A stretch of 64,000 bases of DNA from Chloroflexota bacterium (GCA_965249595.1 OZ252242.1:1871850-1935849); one strand, 5' to 3'. Positions 44,208 to 54,582 are shown, counted from the first letter of the stretch. Made by a program: numbers and translations. Notes: a model not told the origin generated them from the sequence alone.

Positions 44208-45732
44208 GCTGACGGGCCAGCCGGGAGAGGGAATGATTGGGATCGCGCAGGTGGCCGTAGAGTTCCATGTATTGCTGGTAGTACTGCTTGTAGATCGCAA
44301 CCTGATCGGATTGCGGTTCGAGCGGCGGCCGGTAGCGCACGCAAGCGGCGACCGCCGAGAGTACGTCACTATGGCCGCCGCCAACGACCGAGCCGAGCAC
44401 CGCGGCACCGAAGGCTGGGCCTTCTTCAGCCTCAACCTGCTGCACCGGACGGTCGAAGGCGTCGGCCAGCATCTGTTGCCAGAAAGGCGAACGGGCACCG
44501 CCGCCGGTGGCGACCACGTTGGTGGTGGACACTCCCAAATCGGCGATCAGGCGCATGGAATCGCAAAGAGCGAAGGTTATGCCTTCAATCACTGCCCGAC
44601 TCACATGGGCGAGACCGTGTCGCAAGGTCAATCCGACCAGGGCGCCGCGCGCATCGGGGTCAATGTGAGGAGTGCGCTCGCCGGCCAGATAGGGCAGGAA
44701 CACCAGGCCCTCGCTGCCGGGCGGGGCCTTGGCCGCCGCCGCCGTGAGCAATTCATAGGCATCGATATCAGTTGGCGGGCGGGCGTCGTAGATCGGGTCA
44801 AGCAACAGGTCGCGAAGCCAACGCAAACACATGCCCGCCGAGAGGATCACACCCATGTAATGGAATGCCGACGGCACCGAATGGCACATCGTATGGATCC
44901 GGCCAGCCGGGTCGGCGACCGGCTGCTCGGCATGGGCAAAGACCACGCCGCTGGTGCCGATGCTGGCCGATACGACACCGGGGCGAATGATCCCGGTGCC
45001 GATGGCGGCGGCCGAATTGTCACCGCCGCCGCCAGCTATCGGGATTCCTGCCGGCAACCCCAATTCGCGGGCGATCGCCGGCGACACCGTGCCGGTGGCG
45101 GCCGGCCCCTCGAAGACTTCCGGCAACCAGCGGCGAGGTATGTCAAATGCATCGAGCAATTCGGCTGACCAGTCGCGCCCTGCCACATCCAATAACAAAA
45201 CACCGGAAGCATCGGCAACATCGGTGGCGCGGTCACCGGAAAGGCGGAATCGAATGTAATCCTTGGGCAGCAGGACCGTATGCAGGCGGGCAAAATTTTC
45301 GGGCTCGTTGTCGCGCAGCCAGAGAATCTTGGGGGCCTGAAATCCGGTAATGGGCGGGCTCAGCGCAATGTCGCGCAGTTGACGGCCGGCGACTTGCTCC
45401 ATCGCTTCCACTTGAGCGGCGGTGCGTTGGTCATTCCACAGCGGGGCCGGACGGATAACGCGGTCCTGGCGGTCCAGGAAAACCGCCCCGTGCATTTGAC
45501 CGGTCAAACCTATTCCCCTGGCTTCGGCGAGGTTCAGTCGTCCTCCAAGGGCCAGGCAGGCCCGTCGGACCGAATCCCACCAATCGGTGGGATTCTGCTC
45601 GGTCCACCCAGGTTGGGGCGTGCTCAGCGGGTGCTCGCTGGCGGCTGTTCCCAATATGTTGCCGTCATCGTCGATGGCGATAACGCGGCTGCCTTGGGTA
45701 CCGACATCCATCCCCAAATACATAGCGACCAT
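44200..45732 (-). CDS. xylB: Xylulokinase (FGGY family)
   Basis: GMDVGT, TGQMHG, LWND, GGGDN, GTSG, PYLAGERTP and GGGARS motifs. Confidence 0.88.
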   Translation of the reverse strand: MVAMYLGMDVGTQGSRVIAIDDDGNILGTAASEHPLSTPQPGWTEQNPTDWWDSVRRACLALGGRLNLAEARGIGLTGQMHGAVFLDRQDRVIRPAPLWNDQRTAAQVEAMEQVAGRQLRDIALSPPITGFQAPKILWLRDNEPENFARLHTVLLPKDYIRFRLSGDRATDVADASGVLLLDVAGRDWSAELLDAFDIPRRWLPEVFEGPAATGTVSPAIARELGLPAGIPIAGGGGDNSAAAIGTGIIRPGVVSASIGTSGVVFAHAEQPVADPAGRIHTMCHSVPSAFHYMGVILSAGMCLRWLRDLLLDPIYDARPPTDIDAYELLTAAAAKAPPGSEGLVFLPYLAGERTPHIDPDARGALVGLTLRHGLAHVSRAVIEGITFALCDSMRLIADLGVSTTNVVATGGGARSPFWQQMLADAFDRPVQQVEAEEGPAFGAAVLGSVVGGGHSDVLSAVAACVRYRPPLEPQSDQVAIYKQYYQQYMELYGHLRDPNHSLSRLARQHV

Positions 45733-45845
45733 CCTGAATATTGAATCGGCTCTAGGACCTGAGCTTCAAGTTTGCCAGCGACCGTTAGTCGACACCGGGA
45801 TAATCTCGTCGCCAGCTTGGAAAAATAACCAGAAAGTCGCCCGCC

Positions 45846-46709
45846 TTGCCAGAGGATGCCTCGTTACCGCGACTTTTGGCGCTCGACATTGACGGCACGC
45901 TGCTGCCCAGCGGCGGGCAAATATCAGACCGTACCATCAGGGCCGTTCGCGCCGCCGAGGCGGCCGGCATCGTGATCGTTATCGCCACCGGCCGGCGTTG
46001 GCGTACCGCCAGGATGGTTTTGGAGCCGCTTGGGGCCGGCCAATACCTGATCGGGAGTTCGGGCGCCCTGGTGCGCGAGATAGCCGACCTCGACAAACCA
46101 AAGATCATCCGCCGCCGCTACATGACCCATGCCGACGCATTGGCGGTATGCCGCGCCGCACTGGCCCTTGACCTCACGCCGGTTTGGTTCGACACGCCAG
46201 ATCGAACCCGCCGGCTGTTTGTTTTCGGCCAAATCGAAGGCAATTCGCAGTTGGAGATTTATTCGCGATCCAATCCCGACGCGTTCGTGGAGAGAACTAC
46301 GTTCGACGGACTGGGCGATGCGCTGGAAATTGTTTGCTTTGGTCGTTCTGCCCAACTTGGTGCGCTGGCCCGGCAAGTCGGCGGTTGGGAGCGGCGGCCG
46401 GCGCGGGCTATGACCTGGAACAGTGCCCGTTACTTGGGGACGGTGCTCGAAATAATCGCCGCCGACGCCTCCAAGGGCGCCGCTCTGGCCTGGCTGAGTG
46501 CTCGACTGGGTATCGATCGAAGCGATACCGTCGCCGTTGGTGACGACATCAATGACCTGGAGATGCTCAACTGGGCCGGTCGCGCCTGGGGCATAGAGGG
46601 TGGCGCCGGGCCGATATTGGAGGTTGTCGACGGAGTACTCCCGCCACCGCAACGGGAGGGCGTGGCCGATCTGATCGAGGGCTGGCTAGCAGCGTCCTAT
46701 CACTCCTAA
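45846..46709 (+). CDS. Cof-type HAD-IIB phosphatase
   Basis: DIDGTL, ATGR, SKG and GDDIND motifs. Confidence 0.9.
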   Translation: MPEDASLPRLLALDIDGTLLPSGGQISDRTIRAVRAAEAAGIVIVIATGRRWRTARMVLEPLGAGQYLIGSSGALVREIADLDKPKIIRRRYMTHADALAVCRAALALDLTPVWFDTPDRTRRLFVFGQIEGNSQLEIYSRSNPDAFVERTTFDGLGDALEIVCFGRSAQLGALARQVGGWERRPARAMTWNSARYLGTVLEIIAADASKGAALAWLSARLGIDRSDTVAVGDDINDLEMLNWAGRAWGIEGGAGPILEVVDGVLPPPQREGVADLIEGWLAASYHS

Positions 46710-46721
46710 AATTCCACGCCG

Positions 46722-46793
46722 GCCGACGTGGCTCAATGGTAGAGCGGGGCTTTCGTAAAGCTCAGGTTGTGGGTTCGACTCCCACCGTCGGCT
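46722..46793 (+). tRNA. tRNA-Thr(CGT)
   Basis: GCCGACG acceptor, GGGCT-TT CGT AA-AGCTC anticodon arm, TTCGACT T-loop. Confidence 0.93.
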
Positions 46794-47029
46794 CCCGGCT
46801 CCGGTGCCGTCCCTGCGCCGGCCTACAGCTGGCCTGCGGAGATGACGCGCTGTTGGGCGGCGGCCGGGGTGCGGCTCAGGAAAGGCTAACGATGAACGTT
46901 TTGAACGGGCCGAGTGGTCGACCACCTGGCGGCCCATCCGCCAGCGAAAAATTCCAATGGCCAGAATTGCACGGCTTACTCTGGCCTGTAACCCGACCAA
47001 CTTCCCTCGCCTAAAGGACGACCTTAGGG

Positions 47030-47824
47030 ATGGCAAATCCAAGCATGAAGCAATGGGCGGTTGTCCTGGGCGTTTCGTCGGGATTCGGCGCCGCCACCGC
47101 CAAGCGATTGGCAAGCGACGGCATCAACATTTTTGGCTTTCACCTCGATCGTCGATCTACCATGGCCGAGGTGGAGGCAGTCAAGTCAGAAATTGAAGCC
47201 GAGGGCGTTCAAGCCGAGTTTTTCAACGCCAATGCGGCCGACGAATCGGTTCGCGAATCTTCCATTGCCAAGATGGCCACGATCGCCGAAGGCGGTTCGG
47301 TCAAGGTGATGCTGCACTCGCTGGCGTTTGGAAACCTTTTGCCCTATTTCCCTGATGACCACGGGCGCTCCGTCAATCAGCGGCAGTTGGAAATGACATT
47401 CGATGTGATGGCCCATAGCCTGGTGTATTGGACCCGCGGGTTGATCAATTCGTCTTTGATGGGTCAAGGCGGCCGGGTATTCGCGATGACCTCGGCCGGG
47501 TCAACCCGTATCTGGCCCCACTACGGATCGGTCGGCCCGGTAAAGTCGGCCCTCGAGGCCCACACTCGACGACTGGCTTTCGAATGTGGCCCGTTTGGAA
47601 TCACCGTCAATGCGATCCGGGCCGGCGTCACCCACACCCCGGCGTTGGAAAAAATTCGCGGTTTCGAAGAATTGATGGAGCGCTCCTCCAGTCTCAATCC
47701 CGGTGGACGCCTCACTACCCCGGAGGATGTCGCCGAGGCTATTTCGCTACTCTGCGATGACCGGTCCCACTGGATCACCGGCAATGTCATCGGCGTCGAT
47801 GGCGGCGAGGATCTGATGGGGTAA
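47030..47824 (+). CDS. Enoyl-ACP reductase-like SDR (FabL/FabI type)
   Basis: LGVSSGFG, HSLAFG, YGSVGPVKSALE, GVTHTPAL and PGGRLTTPEDVA motifs. Confidence 0.75.
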   Translation: MANPSMKQWAVVLGVSSGFGAATAKRLASDGINIFGFHLDRRSTMAEVEAVKSEIEAEGVQAEFFNANAADESVRESSIAKMATIAEGGSVKVMLHSLAFGNLLPYFPDDHGRSVNQRQLEMTFDVMAHSLVYWTRGLINSSLMGQGGRVFAMTSAGSTRIWPHYGSVGPVKSALEAHTRRLAFECGPFGITVNAIRAGVTHTPALEKIRGFEELMERSSSLNPGGRLTTPEDVAEAISLLCDDRSHWITGNVIGVDGGEDLMG

Positions 47825-47851
47825 TTTGGCCGGGCTAACAACCCGGTAACG

Positions 47852-48811
47852 CTACAACCAGGGCGCGTAATGATCTCTCGGCGCACGTTCAACGGCGCTG
47901 GCTAAGCGAGAATCCGCTTCAATTTGGGCCACCAGCTGGTCCGGCCCTTCGAAGCGCTGCACCGGCCGCAGAAACCGTTCCAGGAAAACCCGCAGCGGCG
48001 ATCCCGCCAGGTCGCCTTCGAATTCGAAAATGTGAACTTCCAGCAGGCGGGCGTGACTGTCAAATGTTGGGCGTGGGCCCAGATTTGCCACCGCGGGGCG
48101 CAAATCAAATTCACCAGGCAGCAGAGCCGAGACCGCGTACACGCCGTCGGGCGGGAACTGCAAAGCCGAATCCGGGATGATGTTGGCGGTCGGGAACCCC
48201 AGCTGCGAACCACGACCCTGGCCACGGCGAACGATCCCGCCAACACTATGATGTCTCCCTGAAATCTCGCCAAATGCGTCAAGTCGGCCGGCCGCCAGTG
48301 TCGACCGCAGATTTCGGGTGTTTAGCTCTTCAGACCCCGATGCGATTGGTACCGAAATCAATTCAACGCCCAATTGCCGACAGATGGCCCCGATCTCAGT
48401 TATCCCGGCTGCCCCGCCGCGGCCGATGCGGGTATTTAGTCCGGCCACCAATAATTCCATGCCCGCTTTTTTGGCCAGGTCGCCCAGAAACCGGGCCGCC
48501 GGCTGGGCGGCCAGCTCTTGGTCGAAATTGAGCATCTTGACGTTGTCGACCGGCAGCTGGGCGAGCAGATCGAGACGGTCGGATGGTGAATTGATGGCGG
48601 TTGGTTGAGACCCGGGGGCAAGGACCGCCAAAGGATGCGGATCCAAGGCTACCACGACGCTTTCGAGGCCCGCTGCGGCCGCCCTCGACGAGAGCACCGA
48701 CAGCAATCGACGATGGCCCTTGTGGACTCCGTCAAACTTGCCAATTGACACTGCCAGGCGACCCACCGGCAACGGATCAGACCGTCGCCAAATGCGGGCG
48801 CCGGATCCCAT
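47852..48811 (-). CDS. ribF: Bifunctional riboflavin kinase/FAD synthetase
   Basis: FDGVHKGH, GRGSQLGFPTAN, GPRPTF and LEVH motifs. Confidence 0.93.
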   Translation of the reverse strand: MGSGARIWRRSDPLPVGRLAVSIGKFDGVHKGHRRLLSVLSSRAAAAGLESVVVALDPHPLAVLAPGSQPTAINSPSDRLDLLAQLPVDNVKMLNFDQELAAQPAARFLGDLAKKAGMELLVAGLNTRIGRGGAAGITEIGAICRQLGVELISVPIASGSEELNTRNLRSTLAAGRLDAFGEISGRHHSVGGIVRRGQGRGSQLGFPTANIIPDSALQFPPDGVYAVSALLPGEFDLRPAVANLGPRPTFDSHARLLEVHIFEFEGDLAGSPLRVFLERFLRPVQRFEGPDQLVAQIEADSRLASAVERAPRDHYAPWL

Positions 48812-49759
48812 TTAAGCCGCTTCCAATACCCGGCGCGGATGCAGCAGTCCGTCTGCGGTTAATTCACCCAACCCCAAAAAGCGCCCATCGATCGCATACA
48901 CGCGACGGCGGCCGGGAGGGCCAGCGATAGTTGAGCGGGCGCCATTGCTAAATCGCGCGCTGAGCTCATCGTCGAGCAGGATTGGGGCGATCGGCCCCAA
49001 AACGCTATCCGGCGCGAAAACGACGTGGGCCAGCGAATCTGCCTTGGCCAGGGCCACGGCCTGCTCAAGTCGGACCGCCTCGGTCAATCCAAATGGGCCG
49101 CTGTGAGTTCGCAGCAATCCGGCCAGACAGGCACAGGTGCCAAGCGCTTCACCGAGATCACGGGCAATGGACCGGATGTATGTCCCGGCCGAACAACTCA
49201 CGTCAATGGCGGCCACCAGTCGGCCAGCGGGATCGGGCACCGCCAGTCCGGCGCCGGCCAGGGCCGACCGTGGCCAGTAGCTAAAATCCGGCGCAGATAT
49301 TGAATGAACGATAACCGGGCGTGCTTTGAGCACCGGCGCCGAGCCGGCCCGGGCCAGGTCATAAGCTCGCTGTCCTGCGACGTGAACCGCCGAATAGGCG
49401 GGCGGGATTTGCGAAATCGCTCCGGAAAACCGCGAGAGCGCAGCGCGCACTTGCCATGGCGCCGGGGTGACAGGGCTGCTAGCCGAAATACGCCCACCCA
49501 GATCGTCGGTATCGGTGCCGATCCCAAACAGCACAAATGCCAAATAGCGCTTGGGCAACTCGTGCAATTGTTCGGTTAACCGGGCAGCCGGACCGACCGC
49601 GATCGGCAATACGCCTTCCGCCAACGGGTCGAGCGTCCCGCAATGCCCGATCCGCTTGAATCGCCCGGCCCGCTTGAGTTGTCGCACCACTTCGGTTGAT
49701 GTGAGCCCACGTGGTTTGTAGATGGGCAGGAAGAATGATGCTGGATAGCTATCGTTCAC
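48812..49759 (-). CDS. truB: tRNA pseudouridine(55) synthase
   Basis: KPRGLTS, GHCGTLDP, PPAYSA and CSAGTYIRS; start likely GTG at 49759. Confidence 0.95.
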   Translation of the reverse strand: MNDSYPASFFLPIYKPRGLTSTEVVRQLKRAGRFKRIGHCGTLDPLAEGVLPIAVGPAARLTEQLHELPKRYLAFVLFGIGTDTDDLGGRISASSPVTPAPWQVRAALSRFSGAISQIPPAYSAVHVAGQRAYDLARAGSAPVLKARPVIVHSISAPDFSYWPRSALAGAGLAVPDPAGRLVAAIDVSCSAGTYIRSIARDLGEALGTCACLAGLLRTHSGPFGLTEAVRLEQAVALAKADSLAHVVFAPDSVLGPIAPILLDDELSARFSNGARSTIAGPPGRRRVYAIDGRFLGLGELTADGLLHPRRVLEAA

Positions 49760-50126
49760 CGGAATCGGAATCGTTGGCGGGGTCGGAATCAATATCCAAT
49801 TTTGAAAGCAGCTCGATTACATCCATGCCGGTCCAGTAACCACGGTCGGGGCGAAGATCGAGTTCGGGTACCACGCGCAGGGCCAGTACCCGACCCAGTC
49901 GAAAACGCAAGAATCCCTTTGCCTTCTGCATTGCCCGATGGAGGCCATCGAGGTCTTCGGTGTCAATCGAGGCCCCGTACAGAACACGGGCGTGTTTGAG
50001 GTCCTGCGAGACGGTCACCTGGGTAATTAAGACCTTGGCCAGGCGGGGATCGCGAACCTCGTGGGCTAGGATCTGCCCCAATTCACGGGCCAATTGCGAG
50101 GCGATTTTTTCAGATCGGTAGGCCAT
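49749..50126 (-). CDS. rbfA: Ribosome-binding factor A
   Basis: VRDPRL, SQDLKHA and LRVVPEL motifs; ATG at 50126. Confidence 0.93.
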   Translation of the reverse strand: MAYRSEKIASQLARELGQILAHEVRDPRLAKVLITQVTVSQDLKHARVLYGASIDTEDLDGLHRAMQKAKGFLRFRLGRVLALRVVPELDLRPDRGYWTGMDVIELLSKLDIDSDPANDSDSGER

Positions 50127-50146
50127 GCCCGGGGGCGACCGGGTGA

Positions 50147-52027
50147 TTAACCCGGAAGTCGCTCTTCTTCGTGAAAGGCCTCTATTACGTCGCCTTCGCC
50201 GAGAACACGTCGCAAATTGGCCGACAAACCACACTCAAAACCGGCACTGACTTCGCGGACCTTGTCCTGGAAGCGCTGCATCGCCAGTACCCGTCCGGTC
50301 TGTATCAATTCTTCGCCGCGGAAATGGCGAATGGCCAAGTCGGTGGCGATGCGACCCTCGGTAACGAGGCCACCAAATATCTTCAGCGATCGCTCGGTTC
50401 TAAAGACTCCGCGCACTTCTAGGCGTCCGTCAATCACTTCGACGATCTCGGGTTCGAGACGCCCTTCTAGGGTTTTCTCGATGTCCTCAATTAAGTTGTA
50501 AATGATTGAGTATTCACGGATCTGGACCCCGTTCTGATCAGCCAAGGCGGCAGCGTTGGTGCTCGGCTGAACCCCAAAGCCCAACACGATGGCCTTGGCC
50601 GCGGTGGCCAGGTTGATATCGTTTTCAGTAATCGCCCCGACGCCGTGAAATACCACGTTCACGCGGACGACCGCTGACGAGAGTCCCTCGACGGCCTGGA
50701 CCGTGGCTTGGGCAGCGCCTTCAGTCTCGGCCTTTATGACGAGATCGACCTGCTGTACGCGACCTTGCGTAAGCTGCTGCGCCAATTGCTCCAGGCTCAT
50801 TTGGCTGGCCAGCGAATTTCTGGCCGCGGCCCGGTCAGAGACGCCTTTGCGGGTCTGGGCAATCGAACGCGCCAATTTATCGACCGTGACCCCGTAGAGG
50901 ATTTGACCAGGGATTGGGATCTCTTTGATCCCGACTACCTCCACCGCCATTGAGGCTGTTGCCTCTCGCACGCGCTGGCCATGCGGGTCTACCAGGACCC
51001 GGACTTTACCGGCACTTGATCCGAGCACGAATGGATCGCCCACTCGTAGAACGCCGCCGGTGACCAGCACGGTTGCTACAGGCCCTAGCGATCGGTCTAG
51101 CCTGGTTTCCAAAACTGTCGCCCGAGCCGGGCCGGTCAATCGGGCTTGCGGCGGGTCAAGATCGGCAGTCAGCAAGATCAATTCAAGCAATTCAGCGACG
51201 CCGGTACCAGTCAGCGCGGAGACCTCCACGCTTACCACATCGCCGCCCATCTGCTCCACCGCCAAGTTAGCGCTCGCCAATTCGGTGAGAGATCGCATCG
51301 GATTTGCCGATTCGAGATCAATCTTGTTGACGGCCACGATGATTTGGGCCTTGTCGGCGGCCTGGGCGTGGCCGATGGCATCACGTGTTTGCGGCATCAC
51401 CCCGTCATCGGCGGCGACAACTAGGACAACAATATCGGTGACATCAGCACCACGGGCCCGCATCTGAGTAAAGGCGGCGTGACCGGGAGTGTCGATGAAG
51501 GTGATGGTCCGATCGCCAATTTCGACCTGGTAGGCACCGATGCTCTGAGTGATGCCGCCAGCTTCACTGTTGGCTACATCGCTCTTGCGAATCTGATCGA
51601 GCAGGGTCGTCTTGCCGTGGTCGACATGACCCATCACCGTGACCACCGGCGGGCGGGGGCCCATTTCTCCTTCGGGCTCAGGGATATCTGATTCGGGCTG
51701 GGCCTCGGCTTCGGGCTCGGCCTCCATCAGAACTGCGTCGACCCCAAGGTCGGCCAGCATCAATCCGGCGGTCTCGAAATCCAAGGGTGCGTTGATATTT
51801 GCCGAGATGCCCTGCTTGAATAGCTCACCGACGAGTTCGGCGCCGGACATATAGATCATCTCGGCCAGATCGGAAACAGTGATGGTCGGCGGAATCGCCA
51901 CCTGCTGCGGCCGCTCAACCACCGGGGCCGTTACGACGGCGGTGCTGCCATCCGATTCAGCCGGTCGCGGGGCGGCGGCCGGACGACGACGCGGCGGTGG
52001 CCTGCGACGGGCGCGACGACGAGCCAT
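50147..52027 (-). CDS. infB: Translation initiation factor IF-2 (short N-terminus)
   Basis: PPVVTVMGHVDHGKTTLLD, GGITQ, DTPGH, NKID and GFECG motifs. Confidence 0.97.
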   Translation of the reverse strand: MARRRARRRPPPRRRPAAAPRPAESDGSTAVVTAPVVERPQQVAIPPTITVSDLAEMIYMSGAELVGELFKQGISANINAPLDFETAGLMLADLGVDAVLMEAEPEAEAQPESDIPEPEGEMGPRPPVVTVMGHVDHGKTTLLDQIRKSDVANSEAGGITQSIGAYQVEIGDRTITFIDTPGHAAFTQMRARGADVTDIVVLVVAADDGVMPQTRDAIGHAQAADKAQIIVAVNKIDLESANPMRSLTELASANLAVEQMGGDVVSVEVSALTGTGVAELLELILLTADLDPPQARLTGPARATVLETRLDRSLGPVATVLVTGGVLRVGDPFVLGSSAGKVRVLVDPHGQRVREATASMAVEVVGIKEIPIPGQILYGVTVDKLARSIAQTRKGVSDRAAARNSLASQMSLEQLAQQLTQGRVQQVDLVIKAETEGAAQATVQAVEGLSSAVVRVNVVFHGVGAITENDINLATAAKAIVLGFGVQPSTNAAALADQNGVQIREYSIIYNLIEDIEKTLEGRLEPEIVEVIDGRLEVRGVFRTERSLKIFGGLVTEGRIATDLAIRHFRGEELIQTGRVLAMQRFQDKVREVSAGFECGLSANLRRVLGEGDVIEAFHEEERLPG

Positions 52028-52077
52028 TTAGTCCCGCCCGACCTGAGGTTGCCGGCTGTTACCGCTTTTGAAAGTAA

Positions 52078-53265
52078 TCAAGCGCCGTCACGTTCCAAGA
52101 TGTCACTCGCTTCGGCCTCAAACGGGTCGCTATCTTCAAGTTCGCTAAGGTCCTGACCCAGTATCTGAGCAAGATCCGCAAGGTCTTCATCGCCGAGCAG
52201 GATGGTTGGATCCGGAGCGGCTTCGGAACGGAGTTTATCCGGCTGTGCGGCATCGCGGATATTAATCCGCCACCCGGTAAGGCGGGCCGCCAGGCGCGAG
52301 TTTTGGCCCTCGCGGCCAATGGCCAACGAGACCATATCGGAGGCCACCTGAACATCGGCCAGATTCTGTTCAGCATCAACTATTACGCGCATCGAGCGGG
52401 CTGGGCTCAGGGCATTGGCCACATAGGTGGACGGGTCCTCTGAATATTCGACGATCTCGACTTTTTCAGGAACCAAATCCCGCACGATGTTTTGAATTCG
52501 CGACCCACGGATTCCAACACAGGTACCGATCGGATCCAGCCCTTCCTGAATCGCCTGCACCGCCACTTTCGAGCGAACGCCGGCATCGCGTGCGATATTG
52601 ACGATCTCAACCAGGCCGTTGTTGATTTCGGGCACCTCGCGTTCAAACAGGCGGCGCACAAAATCGGGATGACGGCGTGAAACGAGGAGCTGGGGGCCAC
52701 GCCCGGCCTCCCTGACTTCAAGCAGGATCACCCGCAGCCAGGAGTTGGGGCGCAAACGCTCGCCGTTGATCTGTTCGGACGGCGGCAGTAGGGCCTCGGC
52801 GCGACCGAATTCCAGTATTGCGCCGCGGTTCTCGAGCCGAATGATCTTGCCAACCAGCAATTCATTCACGTGATCTGAATAGAGATCACGAACCAACATT
52901 CGCTCGGTTTCGCGCAGCGTGTCACGCATCGCCTGGCCGGCCTTCTGGGCCGCAATTCGCGAAAACCCGGTCGGCGTCACGTCGATGTGAACAACGCTGC
53001 CGACATCGGCCGCGGGATCGACTCGCCGAGCACCGACAACGCTAATCTCGGTGTCGGGATTGGTGACCCGTTCCACGACGGTCTTGTTGGCGAAGACTGA
53101 GAACGAGCCTTCCGAATCAACCTCGGCGGCAATGTCGTCGAGCGATCCAGGTAAATCAATGTAGGCAGACTCAACCGCCACTCGGACGGCTTCAATGACG
53201 TGCTCCATCGTGAGGCCTTTGTCGGCCGCAATCTGCGCAACGGCGAGTTCAAACTCGCTTTTCAC
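52078..53265 (-). CDS. nusA: Transcription factor NusA
   Basis: FSRIAAQKA, S1 domain, SRRHPDFV, RSKVAV and AIGREGQNSRLAARLTGW; likely GTG start at 53265. Confidence 0.96.
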   Translation of the reverse strand: MKSEFELAVAQIAADKGLTMEHVIEAVRVAVESAYIDLPGSLDDIAAEVDSEGSFSVFANKTVVERVTNPDTEISVVGARRVDPAADVGSVVHIDVTPTGFSRIAAQKAGQAMRDTLRETERMLVRDLYSDHVNELLVGKIIRLENRGAILEFGRAEALLPPSEQINGERLRPNSWLRVILLEVREAGRGPQLLVSRRHPDFVRRLFEREVPEINNGLVEIVNIARDAGVRSKVAVQAIQEGLDPIGTCVGIRGSRIQNIVRDLVPEKVEIVEYSEDPSTYVANALSPARSMRVIVDAEQNLADVQVASDMVSLAIGREGQNSRLAARLTGWRINIRDAAQPDKLRSEAAPDPTILLGDEDLADLAQILGQDLSELEDSDPFEAEASDILERDGA

Positions 53266-53460
53266 CGACTTGTCCTCCGATGTGTCTGCTTTTGGGCCTC
53301 CACAACAATCTGCTAGCAAACAAAGAAAGTGGGCCGTTGTGCCCACCCTCGATCGCTGGCGCGGTCTGGCTGTTTGTTAGTGAATCAGAGTATAGCCGCA
53401 ATCCCAGTTTTGCAGCTTGCGAAATCGCATTTATGTAAATCACAAAAAAGACGTCTTCGG

Positions 53461-54582
53461 CTAGTTGAAAAGTACACCGCGGCGGTCAAAAACTACCCAC
53501 CGAGCCGGGTCCGCAGCGAGTGGCAGGACATCGCCGCGTTCGACGCGATTCGATTGCGAGACATAGGCATAAACTATCGCCCCGGCCACCGAACCCGAAA
53601 CTAAGACCGCTTGCCGTTCCGGGCGCGGTTGCACCGTTTCAACCGGCAGAGCCAACTGCACCCTATCGGCCAGGGGCTCGATCATCAATTCATCGGGCGT
53701 TATCCCCAGCGATACCGGTTCGCCATTTAATATGCGGCGCGGCGGCCCGGGCAGCGGCAGTTGCTTGCCCATCAACTCGACCTGGCCATCAACGACCCGG
53801 CCGGGCAACAGATTCATCGGCGGGGTGCCGATAAACCCGGCCACGGTGACATTGGCAGGGCGTTCGGCCAATTCGCGGTAACTTCCCCATTGGACGATTC
53901 GGCCGGCGTCCATCACCGCGATTTTGTCGCCGACGGCTGCGGCTTCGCGCTGATCATGGGTCACATACAAAGCGGTCGTTCGAAAGCGTCGCAAGAGGCG
54001 TTTCGTCTCCACTCGAACCCGTGATCGCAAACTTGCGTCGAGGTTTGCCAACGGCTCGTCGAACAGAAACATCTGCGGGTCGCGAATGATGCAGCGGGCA
54101 ATTGCCACCCGCTGCTGTTCGCCGCCCGAAAGCGTACCGGGGCGCCGGTCAAGCAGATCTTCGAATCCCGGCCCCATGATTTCGCAGGCCCGCACCAGGC
54201 GTTCGTCGATTTCTCGTTCCCGCCGATGCATGCGGAAGAAAAAAGAGACGATGCCACTGCTGGACATATGAGGGTAGAGAGCGTATTCCTGAAATACAAC
54301 TGCGACGTTGCGTTCGCGCGGCCCCAGCGCGGTCACCTCGCGATCGCCAAACCAAATCGAACCGTCATCGACCGGTTGTAAGCCGGCCAGGGCTCGAATC
54401 AAGGTGGTCTTGCCACAACCGGAAGCGCCGATGACGGCCAGAGTTTGCCCTTCCGGGATATGGATGTCAAGGCCATCTAGGGCGGTTACTTGGCCATTCC
54501 CGGTGTCGGCGTGCTTTTCGGGGCGATTGGCCGAAGATGCCCTAAAACGCACCGTCAACTGGGACGCCCGGACCTCGGTCAT
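53461..54582 (-). CDS. MalK/MsmX-type sugar ABC ATPase
   Basis: GASGCGKTT, VFQEYALYPH, LSGGEQQR, DEPLANLD, YVTHDQ and FIGTPPMN motifs. Confidence 0.9.
   Translation of the reverse strand: MTEVRASQLTVRFRASSANRPEKHADTGNGQVTALDGLDIHIPEGQTLAVIGASGCGKTTLIRALAGLQPVDDGSIWFGDREVTALGPRERNVAVVFQEYALYPHMSSSGIVSFFFRMHRREREIDERLVRACEIMGPGFEDLLDRRPGTLSGGEQQRVAIARCIIRDPQMFLFDEPLANLDASLRSRVRVETKRLLRRFRTTALYVTHDQREAAAVGDKIAVMDAGRIVQWGSYRELAERPANVTVAGFIGTPPMNLLPGRVVDGQVELMGKQLPLPGPPRRILNGEPVSLGITPDELMIEPLADRVQLALPVETVQPRPERQAVLVSGSVAGAIVYAYVSQSNRVERGDVLPLAADPARWVVFDRRGVLFN

Noticed and set aside
44029-45168. 379-aa plus-strand ORF
   Set aside because: Antisense shadow of xylB/fabZ with no recognisable motifs; expected in high-GC DNA.
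46825-46895. Glycine-riboswitch-like words (GGAGA...CTCAGG)
   Set aside because: The central GAAGG element and supporting stems are missing, and the downstream gene is unrelated to glycine.
46736-47014. 92-aa ORF across tRNA-Thr(CGT) and the downstream leader
   Set aside because: Starts inside the tRNA; the internal 40-codon part has no family resemblance.
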